From: the human T2T-CHM13v2.0 reference genome, Homo sapiens
Length of the DNA stretch: 64,000 nucleotides
Reading direction: 5' to 3' (one strand)
Assembly (NCBI RefSeq): GCF_009914755.1
Contig: NC_060935.1
Below are positions 1 to 15,610 of the stretch, piece after piece (positions within the stretch are counted from its first letter, which is position 1; each line of letters begins with the position of its first letter). Made by a program: the position numbers and the translations under genes. Below the pieces are notes generated by a model. It was not told the origin of the DNA. It saw only the letters and a program-made list of their open reading frames with translations, and searched no databases.

Positions 1-1249
1 GAATTAAGTTGGTTCTACATTCTATCAAGATTAAATCCAATGAACAGTTATGATTTTTTTCATCTGCTCATTCAAATGTCTCTGAATTATTCTTTGGAGA
101 ATGAAGAAGTTTTGTGAATTACTTGATCATTTTATGCCAAAAATAAACATGCAAATTACCATGATTCCATTTTCTACATTACAATTGTCTTAATTTTGCT
201 TTGTGCAAATAAGATACTTCAACCAAATTTCTTGTGAGACAGGCATTTCTACTAGATGCCAAAATAAGTTATATTGGGTAAAAATTAAGTTAATATTAGC
301 ACATAGTCAAAGATTCAGAGTTATAAAGAGAAAATCACTATGATTCTTGAAGATTTAATAATATAGAATCAACTTTTTAAATTAATGCAAATCTATTTTT
401 ATGAATCAAATTTTAATGGAAGGGAGAAAACTTTAAATATCGTGAATGTAATAACGAAACACTAAGTTTGCTAAATAACAGGCATTTATTTAGCACTTGC
501 TGCAAGAACAGACATTTCTTGTACATTACCTTATTTCACCTTTATAGCAACTTTCATAGCTAACAATTTCCAGAGCCAAGATTCAATCCCAGGTTTCTCT
601 CATTGTACATGAAATTTTTGCATTTTTTCATGGCCTCATAAATGGCTTCATTCTGCAACTGGAACACTCTTCCTCTTACCCCTCTGCTGACCTCAGGGAA
701 ATAAAGGTAAAGCAAAACATGATTCTCGATGTATTTGTATTTTTTAAGCCATTAAATCTAGAGAAACATAAAATAAGTAGCAATCTGAAGTGACTTCTAG
801 ATTATAAAGCCAGAAAATAAATTTAAAATAAGTATTGATTGTTTTCCTTATTACTTCAAAATACAAGACCCCAGATAAATGAATAAGTCAAATGTTTTTT
901 TGCCCTTTGTTGATATTTATTGGTAAATTCATGACCTTTGAACTATCTTTATCTATAAGAAAAATACAAGCATATACTCTATTAGGAGCACTCTTATTTA
1001 TCTCTATAAGTACAAATACAATATTTTCTATTTTTTATTGTTTTCTAGTAAGTGTTGGATTTTAATTCTTAGGCATAACTCTAAATAAATCATATTTTGA
1101 TGAATACACTTGATTCACATATGTAATAGTCCAGAACTGAAGTGTTTAGTTCTTGGTGTTTAGCAGCTAAAAAGTTTAGTAAAAAAAAACATAGTTATTC
1201 TTGATATTGTAGGTTCTAGCTGCCGAAATATTCTTCAAATTATCTGAAA

Positions 1250-1390
1250 TTTTCTCTTACCTGTGGAACAGCAAATGCAGATTTAGGTATTCTATGAATA
1301 TGGCTAACTTAGATTGTTTATATCTTTGTAATTGACTGTTGATGAAATCCAAGGAGATGTCCCAAGGGGAATATGCCCCAATTATCTTCT
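1250..1390 (-). promoter_or_regulatory. Putative OR promoter/first non-coding exon for a minus-strand gene left of the window (OR5T2 by recalled gene order)
   Basis: O/E site TCCCAAGGGGA 1360-1370, homeodomain TAATTG at 1329-1334 and 1379-1384(-), TATA-like GATATAAA 1317-1324(-), splice donor CAG|GTAAGA at 1261/1260. Confidence 0.6.
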
Positions 1391-1509
1391 GTTTCAAAAT
1401 AGCACCATGATGATTTACTTAATAATAAAAAGTAAATGATTCCGGAATAAGGCACTGCATGCTCCTACTTATTGAATCAATAGAGTTCTTTGGCTTCTGT
1501 TTAAAATGT

Positions 1510-3810
1510 GTCAGATTTGAATTTCCCTGATGACTACTGATGTTGAACATCTTTTCATACATCTGAAGGCCATTTGTATGTCTTCTTTGGAAAAAAAATG
1601 TATTCAAGTCCTTTGCCAGTTTTAAAATAAGATTATTGTTATTGTGGCTATTGAATTTATATATTTTGATATTAATCCCCTATTAGATATATCATTTACA
1701 AATATTTTTTGTTTGGCTGATGGTTTTCTTCATTGTGCAGAAGATTTTGACTTTGACGTAGCCCTACTTGTCTAATTTTGGTTTTGTTACTTGGCTTTTT
1801 ATGTCATTGCTTGTATTTTTATGTTACATCCAACAAGTTACTGCCAAGCTGAAGGTCCTAAAGTTTTTCCTTATGTTTTCTTCTAGAAATTGTAGTTTCA
1901 GGTTTTATGTTTAAATTTTTAATCCATTTTGGGTTGGTTATTTTATATGGTATAAGACAAGGGTCCAATTTAATTCCCCATTGTGTATTCTTGGCACACT
2001 TGTGAAAGATCATTTGACTATATACATGTGGGATTGTTTCCAGGCTCCCTATTCTGTTCCGTTGGTCTATATATCTGTCCTTATTCCAGTCCCATGCTAT
2101 TTAATTACTGTAGTTTTGTAATATCATTGAAATAAAAAAGTATAATACCTCTAGCTTTGTTTTTCTTTCTCAAGATTCCTTTGGCTATTTGAAGTCTTTT
2201 GTAATTGCACATAATTTTTACGATGTTTTTTCTATTTCTGTAAAACCCAGCACTAGGATTTTGCAGGAAATGCATTAAATCTGAAGACCCCTTTGGGTAA
2301 TATGGAGATTTTAATTATTGCAGATCAAAACCACAATGAGATATCATCACACACCTGTTATGGCCATTATTTAAAAAAAAAAAGTATTGATAAGAATGTG
2401 GAGAAATTGGAACCCTGGTGTACTGTTGACAAGAATGTAAAACAGTGCAGCCATGATTGAAAATAATATGGAAGTTCCTTGAAACATTAAAAACAGGATT
2501 ACTATACAATCCTGAAATTCTGAAACCACCTTCGCAAAATTATGACAGTAAGAGAAATCTGCCATGACTGACTTCTTCTTGCTTCTATCATCACAGGCTG
2601 TCTGTCTTTGCTCATCTCTGGGCATGGACCAAATAACTTCGGGAGAAATTTAGTTTATAGTTTAAATGATAATAGTCCTTTGCAAAAACTAAACCACCTT
2701 TGTAAAACTAATCAAAGGCACCAAGTTAAGAGGATGAGAGGAGTCTGTGTTCTGCTAAGATATAGGCCTAGTAAAATGATTACCAGCCATTTTTTCCTGG
2801 AAGTCACAAGATTTGCAGCTTCCCCAATTATTCCTGCAGATAACATAGCTATTGTAGAACCTAAGATTGGCATTTTGAGATTCTTTTCAAATATTTGTAT
2901 ATCTGATAGCTGGATGGCCCCACCTGGACCTCTGACTCAAACAGTCATGTGGCCCCCACCCAGAAACACACTCAACACATGAGGATCATTTTCCACATCC
3001 CTATGATTCATCCTAAACTGATCAGCAACACCCATACCCTAGCCCTCTGCCCATCAAACTATCTTTGAAAAGCACCTAACTTTCAAGCCTTCAAGGAGAT
3101 TGAATTGAGTAATAACTCCCTCTCCCATATGGTGTGGCAAGCCTCATCTCTTTTGCTTATTCTCATGCATTTTCATCCTCATAGCTTAGCTCCAGCTTAT
3201 GAATGAGATGACATGATATTTATTTTTCCATTCTTTTCTTTACTGCAATGCCGTGGTCTCAGTAAATTGATTTTGTCTGTGGAGCAGTCAGCAAAAAATC
3301 CATTTGGCAGTTACAATTCGATATCTGGGTATTTATCCAAAATACTTGAAATCAGGATTTTGAAGATATATGTAGTCCATGTTTAATGCAGTATTATTCA
3401 CAATGGCCAAAATGTGGAAGCAACCTAAATGTGCATTAATAGATTAATGGCAAACGAATAAGAGGTATATACACAGCTTTAAAAAGAGTAGACCCTGTCA
3501 TATGTGTTATCATGGTAGAACCAGGAGGACTTTACTGACAAACACTGTGTGATTCCACTTACGTGCGATATCTATAATACTCTCAATGATTAGAGAGTAG
3601 AATGGTGGGCTGCCAGGGGCTGAGGAGAGGGGTAATGGGAGTTTATATTCAATGGATACTAAATTGCCATCATGTATGACATAAGAATTCTAGAGATCTA
3701 TTGTACAACATTGTGCCTATAGTTAATACTGCATCACACACATAAATTTTGTTGAGAAGGTAGTTCTCATGTTAAATTTCTTATCATAAAATTTTTGAAA
3801 AAACAAAAAC
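1510..3810. mobile_element. Old L1 (L1MA/MB-like) 3' part with 5' inversion: minus 1510-2317, plus 2318-3810, interrupted by LTR8A
   Basis: Recognisable ORF2 3'/3'UTR sequence; the two pieces are contiguous in L1 consensus (tcatcagggaaat..|gcagatcaaaaccacaatgag). Confidence 0.75.
2521..3315 (+). mobile_element. ERV1 solo LTR (LTR8A-like)
   Basis: TG...CA ends (tgaaaccacc...gttaca), 4-bp TSD ATTC at 2517-2520 and 3316-3319. Confidence 0.85.
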
Positions 3811-3964
3811 ACAGAAAATGATGCTTTAGAAAAAACTATGATTCAAGACTAGGTAAGAGCTCTTAAATCCTAAAGTTTAAGCTTCAATCATAGTGGTGAC
3901 CATGGGTTAGAACTTAATTTCTCTGAGGTTCAGTTTCCTCATCCTGAAAATATATGCAATTTTG

Positions 3965-5670
3965 TCTTATTTTTATTTTATTTTTTGGTTTTGAAGGCTT
4001 TCCATTTTCATAAATTTTATTTTTATTTCAACAGTTTATGGAATACAGGTGGTTTTTGGTTACATGGGTAAATTCTTTAGTGGTGATTCCTGAGATTTTG
4101 GTGCACCAGTCATCCAAGCAGTGTACACTGTACCCAATATATAGTCTTCTGTCCATCACCCCTCTCTCACCCTCCACCTTGAGTCCTCAAAGTCCATTAT
4201 ATCGTTTTTAAGCCTTTTCATCCTCTTAGCTTAGCTCCCACTTATAAGTGAGAACATACAATATTTGGTTTTCCATTCTTGAGTTACTTCACCTAGAATA
4301 ACATCTCCAGCTCCATCCAGGTTGCTGCAAAAGACATCATTTCATTCCTTTTTAAGGCTGAGTAGTATTCCATGGTGTGTATATACCACATTTGCTTTTT
4401 CTACTCGTTGGTTGATGAGCACATAGATTGGTTCAATAACTTTGCAATTGCAATTTGTGCTGCTATACGTGTGAATGTGTGCTGCTATACATGTGAATGT
4501 GTCTTTTTCATATGACTTATTTTCCTTTGGGTAGATACCCAGTAGTGGAACTGCTGGATCAAATGGTAGTTCTATATTTTGTTCTTTAAGAAATCTCCAT
4601 ACTGTTTTCCATAGTGGTTGTACTAGTTTACATTCCCACCAGCAGTGTAAAAGTGTTCCCTTTTCACCACAAGCATACCAACATCTATTGTTTTTGACTT
4701 TTTAATTATGCCCATTTTTGCAGGAGTAAAGTGGTATCTCATTGTAGTTTTAATTTGTATTTCCCAGATAATTAGCAATGTTGAGCATTTATTCATGTGT
4801 TTGTTGGCTGTTTGTATATCTTCATTTTAGAATTGTCTATTTTTGTTCTTTGCCTATTTTTGATGGGATTATTTGTTTTTCTCTTAATGATTTGTTTGAA
4901 TTCCCTTTAGGTGCTGAATATTAGTCCTTTGCCAGATGCATAGTTTGTGAATATTTTCTCCCAGTCTGTAGGTTGTCTGTTTACTCCACTGAACATTTCT
5001 TTTGCTGTGCAGAAGATTTTACTTTAAGTAAGTTCCATTTATTTATTTTTGTTTTTGTTACATTTGTTTTTTGAGTCTTAGCTGTGAATTATTTTCCTAA
5101 GCCAATGTCTAAAAGAGTTTTTATGGTGTTCTAGAATTTTTATAGTTTTAGGTTTTAGATTTAAGTCTTTTAACAGTCTTGAATTGATTTTTTTATAAGG
5201 TGAGAGATGAGGATACAGTTTCATTCTTCTACATTGGCTTGCCAGGTTTCCCAGCACCATTTATTGAAAAGGATATCCTTTCCCCATTTTATGTTTTTGT
5301 TTGCTTTGTTCAGGATAAGTTGGCTGTTAGTATTTGGCTTTATTCATGGGTTCTCTATTTTATTCCATTGGTCTACATGCCTATTTTTATACAAGTACCA
5401 TGCTCCATGCTGTTTTGGCAACAATAGCCTTATAAGATAGTTTGAAGTCAGGTAATGTGATGCCTCCAGATTTGTTCTTTTTGTTCAGTATTGTTTTGGC
5501 TATGTGGGCTCTTTTTTGTTCCCATATGAATTTTAGGATTTTTTTTTTCTAGTTCTGTGAAGAATGATGATGGTAGTTTATTGGGAATTGCATGGAATCT
5601 GTAGATTGCTTTGGGCAGTATGGTCATTTTCACAGTATTGATCATACCCATCCATGAGCATGAGATGTGT
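3965..5670 (-). mobile_element. L1PB-like 3' fragment
   Basis: T-rich tail, L1PB 3'UTR and ORF2 C-terminal homology (ORFs 5078-5260, 5448-5756). Confidence 0.8.
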
Positions 5671-5814
5671 AAGCTATTTTGTATTGCAGTCAGCCAGTAA
5701 AAAGGATAAACTATAATAATGTAAAAGTACAATATATTTCTGTTAGAATATAGCAAATGGATTTAAAATTATCCAAACTCATTATACTGACACTCTTTTC
5801 AAATTATAAAGTGA

Positions 5815-6260
5815 TTATTCACAATAGCAAAGACATAGAATCAATCTAAATGTCCACCAGTGGTAGACTAGATGAAGAAAATGTGGTATGTATACACCAC
5901 GGAACACTATGCAACTATTAAAAAAAAGAGAGAGATTATGTCCTTTGCAAGAACATAGATGGAATTGGAGGCCATTATCCCTAGCAAACTAACACAGGAA
6001 CAGAAAACCATATACCACATGTTCTCACTTGTAAGTGGGAGAAAAATGATGATGACACATGGACACATAGAGGGGAACAACAGTCACTGGGCTCATCAGA
6101 GCATGGGGGGTTAAGGAGGGAGAGGATCAAGGAAAAACAAATGAAAACTAGGCTTAATACCTGGGTAATGAAATAATCCGTACAACCAACCTGCAAGACA
6201 CAAGTTTACCTATATAACAAACCTGCACATGTACCCCTAAATTTAAAAAGAAAGTTAAGA
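5815..6260 (+). mobile_element. L1PA 3' end
   Basis: 3'UTR motifs (aaacctgcacatgtacccc); flanking repeat ttataaagtg at ~5804 and ~6264. Confidence 0.8.
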
Positions 6261-7122
6261 AAGTTATAAAGTGTTGTGTTAGAAGTAAAAAAAGTATAAA
6301 TTTTAAACGTATTGAAAAGATTATTATCCAAAGTGGCAAGAGAAATATAAAAGCATAAGTAAAAAGCCATTAACATGCAGAGGAAACATAAAATATTTAA
6401 AACTATACAGCTTCATAAGTCAAGAGGTTTTATAATTCCAGAATACTTATTTCTTTCTCAGATGAAATGATAATATAGATATACCTGTATCTGTATATTT
6501 ATGTATATGTATATACAATACAGCACTCCCTCCCTTATCCATGGTTTTAATTTCTACAGTTTCAGCTAACCACAGTCAACCACAATCTGAAAATATTAAA
6601 CAAAAACTTTCAGAAAATAATCATAAGTGATAGATTGTGGCAATTCTGAGTAGTGCGATGAAATCTGTGCCATTAGTCACTTGGTAGCCATCTTGGTTAT
6701 CAGATTCACTGTTCCAGTATCATGGTGCTTATGTTCAAGAAACCCTTATTTTACTTAATAATGGCCCTAAAGTACAAGAATAGTAATGATGGAATATTGT
6801 TACAATTAGTTTATTTTATTACTACTTATTTTCGTTAATCTCTTACAGTGCCTAATTAGTAACTTTTACTTTATAGTAGGTAGGCATGTATAGGAAAATC
6901 AGTATATACAGGCATACTTTAGAGCTATTACAGATTCAGTTCCAGATCACGGTAATAAAGTCAATATCACCATAAAGTGAGTCACACACATTGTTTTGGT
7001 TTCCCAGTGAGTAAAAAAGTTATTTTTACACTATACTTCTGTCTATTAAATATGAAGTAGCATTACCTCTTTAAAGAGACAATGTACATACCTTGATGAA
7101 AAACTATGTTACTGAATAATGC

Positions 7123-9585
<2,463 letters not shown>

Positions 9586-9773
9586 TGATGACTCACAAGG
9601 TGGTGGTTGCTGAAAGTTGGGGAGGCTGTGGCAATTACTTAAAATGAGAAATCAATAAAGTTTGCCACATTGGTTGACTCTTTGTTTCACAAAATATTTA
9701 TCTGTATCATGCAAAATGTGGTCTGACAGCATTTTATTCATAGTAGAGCTTCTTTCAAAATTGGAACCAATCA

Positions 9774-10112
<339 letters not shown>

Positions 10113-10116
10113 TTAC

Positions 10117-10464
10117 TAATATGCTTTGGTTGTGTCCCCACCCAAATCTCATCTTGAATTGTGCCACCCATAATCCCCACACGTCATGGGAGGGACATGG
10201 TGGGAGGTAATTGAATCATGGGGGTGGGTTTTTCCCTTGCTGTTCTGGTAATAGTGAATAAGTCTCATGAAATCTGATGGTTTTATAAAGGGCAGTTCCC
10301 CTGCACACTCTCTTGCCTGCAGTCATATAAGATGTGGCTTTGCTTCTCCTTCAACTTCCACTACAATTGTGAGGCCTCCGCAACAAGTCCATTGAACCTC
10401 CTTTTTTTATTAATTACCCAGTCTCAGGTATTTCTTCATAGCGGTATAAAAATGGGCTAATACA
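10117..10464 (+). mobile_element. MaLR solo LTR (THE1/MSTA-like)
   Basis: tttggttgtgtccccacccaaatctcatc ... ctaataca. Confidence 0.85.
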
Positions 10465-10929
10465 CTAACTTCATTTAATATTCTAAATTATTTGTCATTC
10501 TAATGATGTTAACAGCATCCTCACCAGCAGTAGATGTCATCTTGGAAAATTCTTTATTTGCTCGTCCATAAGAAGCAATTTCTCATCTGTTCAAGGTTGG
10601 TTACGAAATTGCAGCAATTCAGTCACCCTCAGGCTCTACTTCCAGTTTTAGTTCTCTGCCTTTTTCCAGCATATCTGCAGTTACTTCCTCCACTAGAGTT
10701 GTGAACCCCTCAAAGTCATTCATGAGGATTAGGATCAACTTCTTCCAAACTCCAATTAATATTTATAATTCGACCTCCTCCCATGAATCAAAAATATTCT
10801 TAATAGCATCTAGAATGTTGAATATTTTCCAGAAGGCTTTCAATTTATTGTAACAAGATCCATCAAAGGAATCACTATCTAAGGTAGCTATAACATTACA
10901 AAATGTATTTCTTAAAAAATAAGACTTAA

Positions 10930-11553
<624 letters not shown>

Positions 11554-12145
11554 TAAGACTTGAAATTTGAAATCACTCCTTGGTCCATGGGCTGTAAAAT
11601 GGATGTCGTATTAGCAGTCATGAAAGCAACATTAATCTCCTTGTACATCTCCATCAGAACTTTAGGTGACAAGATGCATTGTCAATGAGTAGTAGTATTT
11701 TGAAAGGAATCATTTTACCTGAGTAGTAGGTCTCAACAGTGGACTTAAAATATTTAGTAAACCATGCTGTCAACAGATATTCTATCATCCAGGCTTTGTT
11801 ATTCTACTTATAGAGCACAGGCAGAGTACACCGTATCTGTACACTTATTAAGGGCCCTGGGATATTTGGAATGGTAAATGATCACTGGCTTCACCTTAAA
11901 GTCACCAGCTACATTAGCCCCTAACAAAACCATCACTCTGTTCTTTCAACGAAGCTCTGAAGCCAGGCATTAACTCCTCTTGTATAGCCATGAAAGTCCC
12001 AGATGGCATCTTCTTTCATTAGAATGTTGTTTTGTCTACACTAAAAATCTGTTGTTTAATATAGCCACCTTCATCAATGATCTTAGCTAGATCTTCTGTA
12101 TAATATATTGCAGCTTCTACATTAAAACTTGCTGGTTCACCTTGC

Positions 12146-12146
<1 letters not shown>

Positions 12147-12178
<32 letters not shown>

Positions 12179-12456
12179 ACAGAGTCTCACTCTGTTGTCA
12201 GGCTGGAGTGCAATGGTGAGATCTTGGCTCACTGCAACCCCCACCTGCTGGGTTCAAGGGATTCATTCTCCTGCATCAGCCTCAAGTAGCTGGGACTACA
12301 GGCGTGTGCCACCACACCCACCTAATTTTTGTATTTTTAGTAGAGATGGGGTTTCACCATGTTGGCCAGGGTGGTCTGGATGTCTTGACCTCATGATCTG
12401 CCTGCCTCAGACTCCCAAAGTGCTGGGATTACAGGTGTGAGCCACCACGCCTGGCC
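12147..12456 (-). mobile_element. AluS
   Basis: Poly-T, Alu body, TSD caccttg(c/t)act. Confidence 0.9.
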
Positions 12457-13341
12457 CACCTTGTACTCTTTATGGTGATAACTTCTGCCCTTAAACCTCA
12501 TGAACCCTCATCAACCCTTTCTGATTGAAACCTCATCAACCCTGCTAGCTTTCAACTTTTCTTCTGCAGCTTCCCTACCCTCTCAGTTTTCACAGAGTTG
12601 AAGACAGTTAGGACCGTGGTCTAGATTAGGCTTTGGTTTAAGCTAATGTTGCAGCTGGTTTCATCTTCTATCCAGACAACTAATATTTCCTCCATATCAG
12701 TAGTTAGGCTATTTCACTTTATCATTTATATGTTCACTGGAGTAGCACTTTTAATATTCTTCAAGAACTTTTCCTTTGTATTCACCACTTGACTAATTAC
12801 TTATCACAAGAAGCCTAGCTGTTGGCCCATCTTGGTTTTTGACATGCCTTCCTCACTAAGCTCAATTATTTCTAGTTTGATTTAAAATTAAACACATGTG
12901 ACTCTTACTTTCACTTGAACACTTGGCCGTTATTGTAGCATTATTAATTGGCTTAATTGCAATATTGTTGTGGCTCAGGAAACAGTGAGGCCCAAAGTCA
13001 GGGAGAGAAGCTGAGGAACAGCAGGTCTGTGGAGCAGTCAGAAAACACACAACATTTATCAATTAAGCTTGCCATCCTATATGGGCACAGTTCATGGTGC
13101 CCCAAAACATCTAAAATATTAATCGAAGGTTACTGATCACAAATTACCATACATAAATAAAGTTTTAACTATCACGAGAATTATCAAAATGTGACATGGA
13201 GACACAAAGCAGGTATACATTGTTGGAAAAATGGTGCCAATAAACCTTCAATTGCCAAAAAAGAATAAAACCCCACAATATCTGCAAAGATCAATAAAAC
13301 AAATGAAATAAGCTATGCTTGTATAAGGCTTGTATCTGAAG

Positions 13342-13651
13342 TTTTTTTTGTTTTGTTTTGTTTTTTTTTTGAGACAGAGTCTCGCTCTTTCACTCAGGCC
13401 AGACTGCAGTGGCTCTATCTCGGCTCACTGCAAGCTCCGCCTCCAGGGTTCACGCCATTCTCCTGCCTCAGCCTCCTGAGTAGCTGGGACTACAGGCGCC
13501 AGCCAGCGCGCCCGGCTAATTTATTATATTTTTAGTAGAGACGGGGTTTCACCGTGTTAGCCAAGATGGTCTCGATCTCCTGACCTCATGATCCGCCCGC
13601 CTTGGCCTCCCAAAGTGCTGAGATTACAGGCGTGAGCCACCGCGCCCGGCC
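13342..13651 (-). mobile_element. Young AluY-type element
   Basis: CpG-rich; flanking repeat tatctgaagtttt. Confidence 0.9.
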
Positions 13652-13729
13652 TGGTACTATCTATCTGAAGTTTTAGGCATCCATTGGAGGTCTTGGAATA
13701 CATCCCCCATGGATCAAGGGGTACTACTA

Positions 13730-13910
13730 TATCATATGTTTATATATATGTGTATTTATGTATATACACAGCCCTACACATATGAGGTATGTATATACAT
13801 AAATGTGTGCATATACATATATACACACATATATATGCATGTGTGTAGAGATATATATATACACATACATAGTTACATACACATAAATATATACAAAACA
13901 CACATACACA
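13730..13910. repeat. (TA/CA)n low-complexity tract
   Basis: Alternating purine-pyrimidine repeats. Confidence 0.85.
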
Positions 13911-15454
13911 TGCCTAGAATCTACATAGAGAAATTTAGTAGAAAAAGGAGGTATAATAAAGTTATTACATTTCTTTAATTCTCCAGATGTTCTTGAAGAG
14001 CAACTGGATTAGAAACCGTAGATCTAGTGAATGGTTTATTTTTTAGGTAAGCATATTGAGTCCGGAATAGGGAAATAATTTTCATAATTATTCATGCATT
14101 TATATATTTAAAATTTATTTTTGGCCTATTTTGGGGAGAAACAGAAAACTTCTATCAGGGACTGTAAACACCATGAAGACAAGCAAAGACACAGAAAGGG
14201 ATGAAATATGACATTGTTGCAAGCTTTGGATATATTTTAGAGAGGGTCTAGACTGTAACTTTATGATGTGGGGATATCAGAAACAATATCTGATGAAGTG
14301 ATGTAAAATGACACTGAGAATTATTTTCAGCGAGCCACTTTTAAAGATGAGCAGACAACGAAGATTGTCTTTATTATGTCAGAAATCAATTGACCATATA
14401 TATGTGAATCTGGTTCTCAACACTTTATTCCATTTTATTAATTGAAGTGTATTTTTTTACCCAATATTTCACTATCTTGGTTATTTTAGCTTTGTGGTAA
14501 GTCCTAAACTCAGTCCCATTCACAGATTGTGTAAACATTCCAAATTTATTCTTCGTTTTCAAAACTGTTTCGACTCCGTTTTTTTTTAATTTTGCATATA
14601 AATTGTGGAATCAATTTCTCAATTTGTACAAAAAATTCTTAATTTTAACTAGAATTGCATCGAATCTATAAATCAGTTTGGGATTTTAATTAATAGATAG
14701 TTCACAGTTAGGCTGCCTTCCAGTATCAACTTTCTTTTCTTTATATTTTACATACAGATTTCAGAAACCAATATTTCCTATCTACCAATATACAATCTCT
14801 GGGTATGGAACCTAGCTAGACATTTATGTATTTTCCATAATTTCCCCAAGACTTACTTATGTACATAGCTGGGTAGTAGCTTATACATTAGTATGTAGAA
14901 TCCCCAAGACAAGACTAAATTCAACGCAAAAAGTTTGACCTTTATCTCTGCCAGAGGTCTTATATTCTAAGGTCCTATTATATAGAACATTATTATCTGT
15001 ACACTATTCCATCTCTCCTGTCAATATTTCCTATTCATGTATTCATCTTTATCTCTTCTCAAGGGATAGAACACTCAAGGTGTCTAAATCTGCTTCTCAT
15101 ACAACTTAGAATTATAGCACTTTAAAGTCAAAAAAGTAAACTTTATTAAAGACTGTAAATCCTGTCATGAGTTGTGCTTCCATATTATTTTATTACATGT
15201 CTCCAGGATTTCCAGAGAATGTGCATGGTATATTCCCAGAAAAAGGAAACTGGAAATCAGAGAATTTCTCATCTTACTGGCATCAGAGCTGGGACTATGT
15301 CTTGTATCATTAGGATTCTTTTCCACCGAGGGATCACTTTTTTTTTTTTTTTTTTTTAGCCAGAAGCCAAGGTTCTTTCAGGTAATCATTTTCATCATGT
15401 AGTTCATTACTCCAGAAACATTCACTTGCTTACTATTTTAAAAGTATTCTTGAT

Positions 15455-15610
15455 ACATTTCTGTCCCAGAAAAGAATTAGTGTGTGTTTTCAATGGGCCA
15501 TCCCTGAGGACTTGAAGAGCTTGAGAAGCCGGTATAAGAATCCACATGTATAATATTTATCATGTATCTAATTTAGCGAGCAGCTTATTTCCACAGGTAG
15601 GAGGAAAACC
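15455..15610 (+). promoter_or_regulatory. Putative OR5T3 promoter/first exon
   Basis: O/E-like TCCCTGAGGA 15501-15510, GGTATAAGAA 15531-15540, donor CAG|GTAGGA at 15596/15597; conserved with 39930-40080. Confidence 0.6.
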
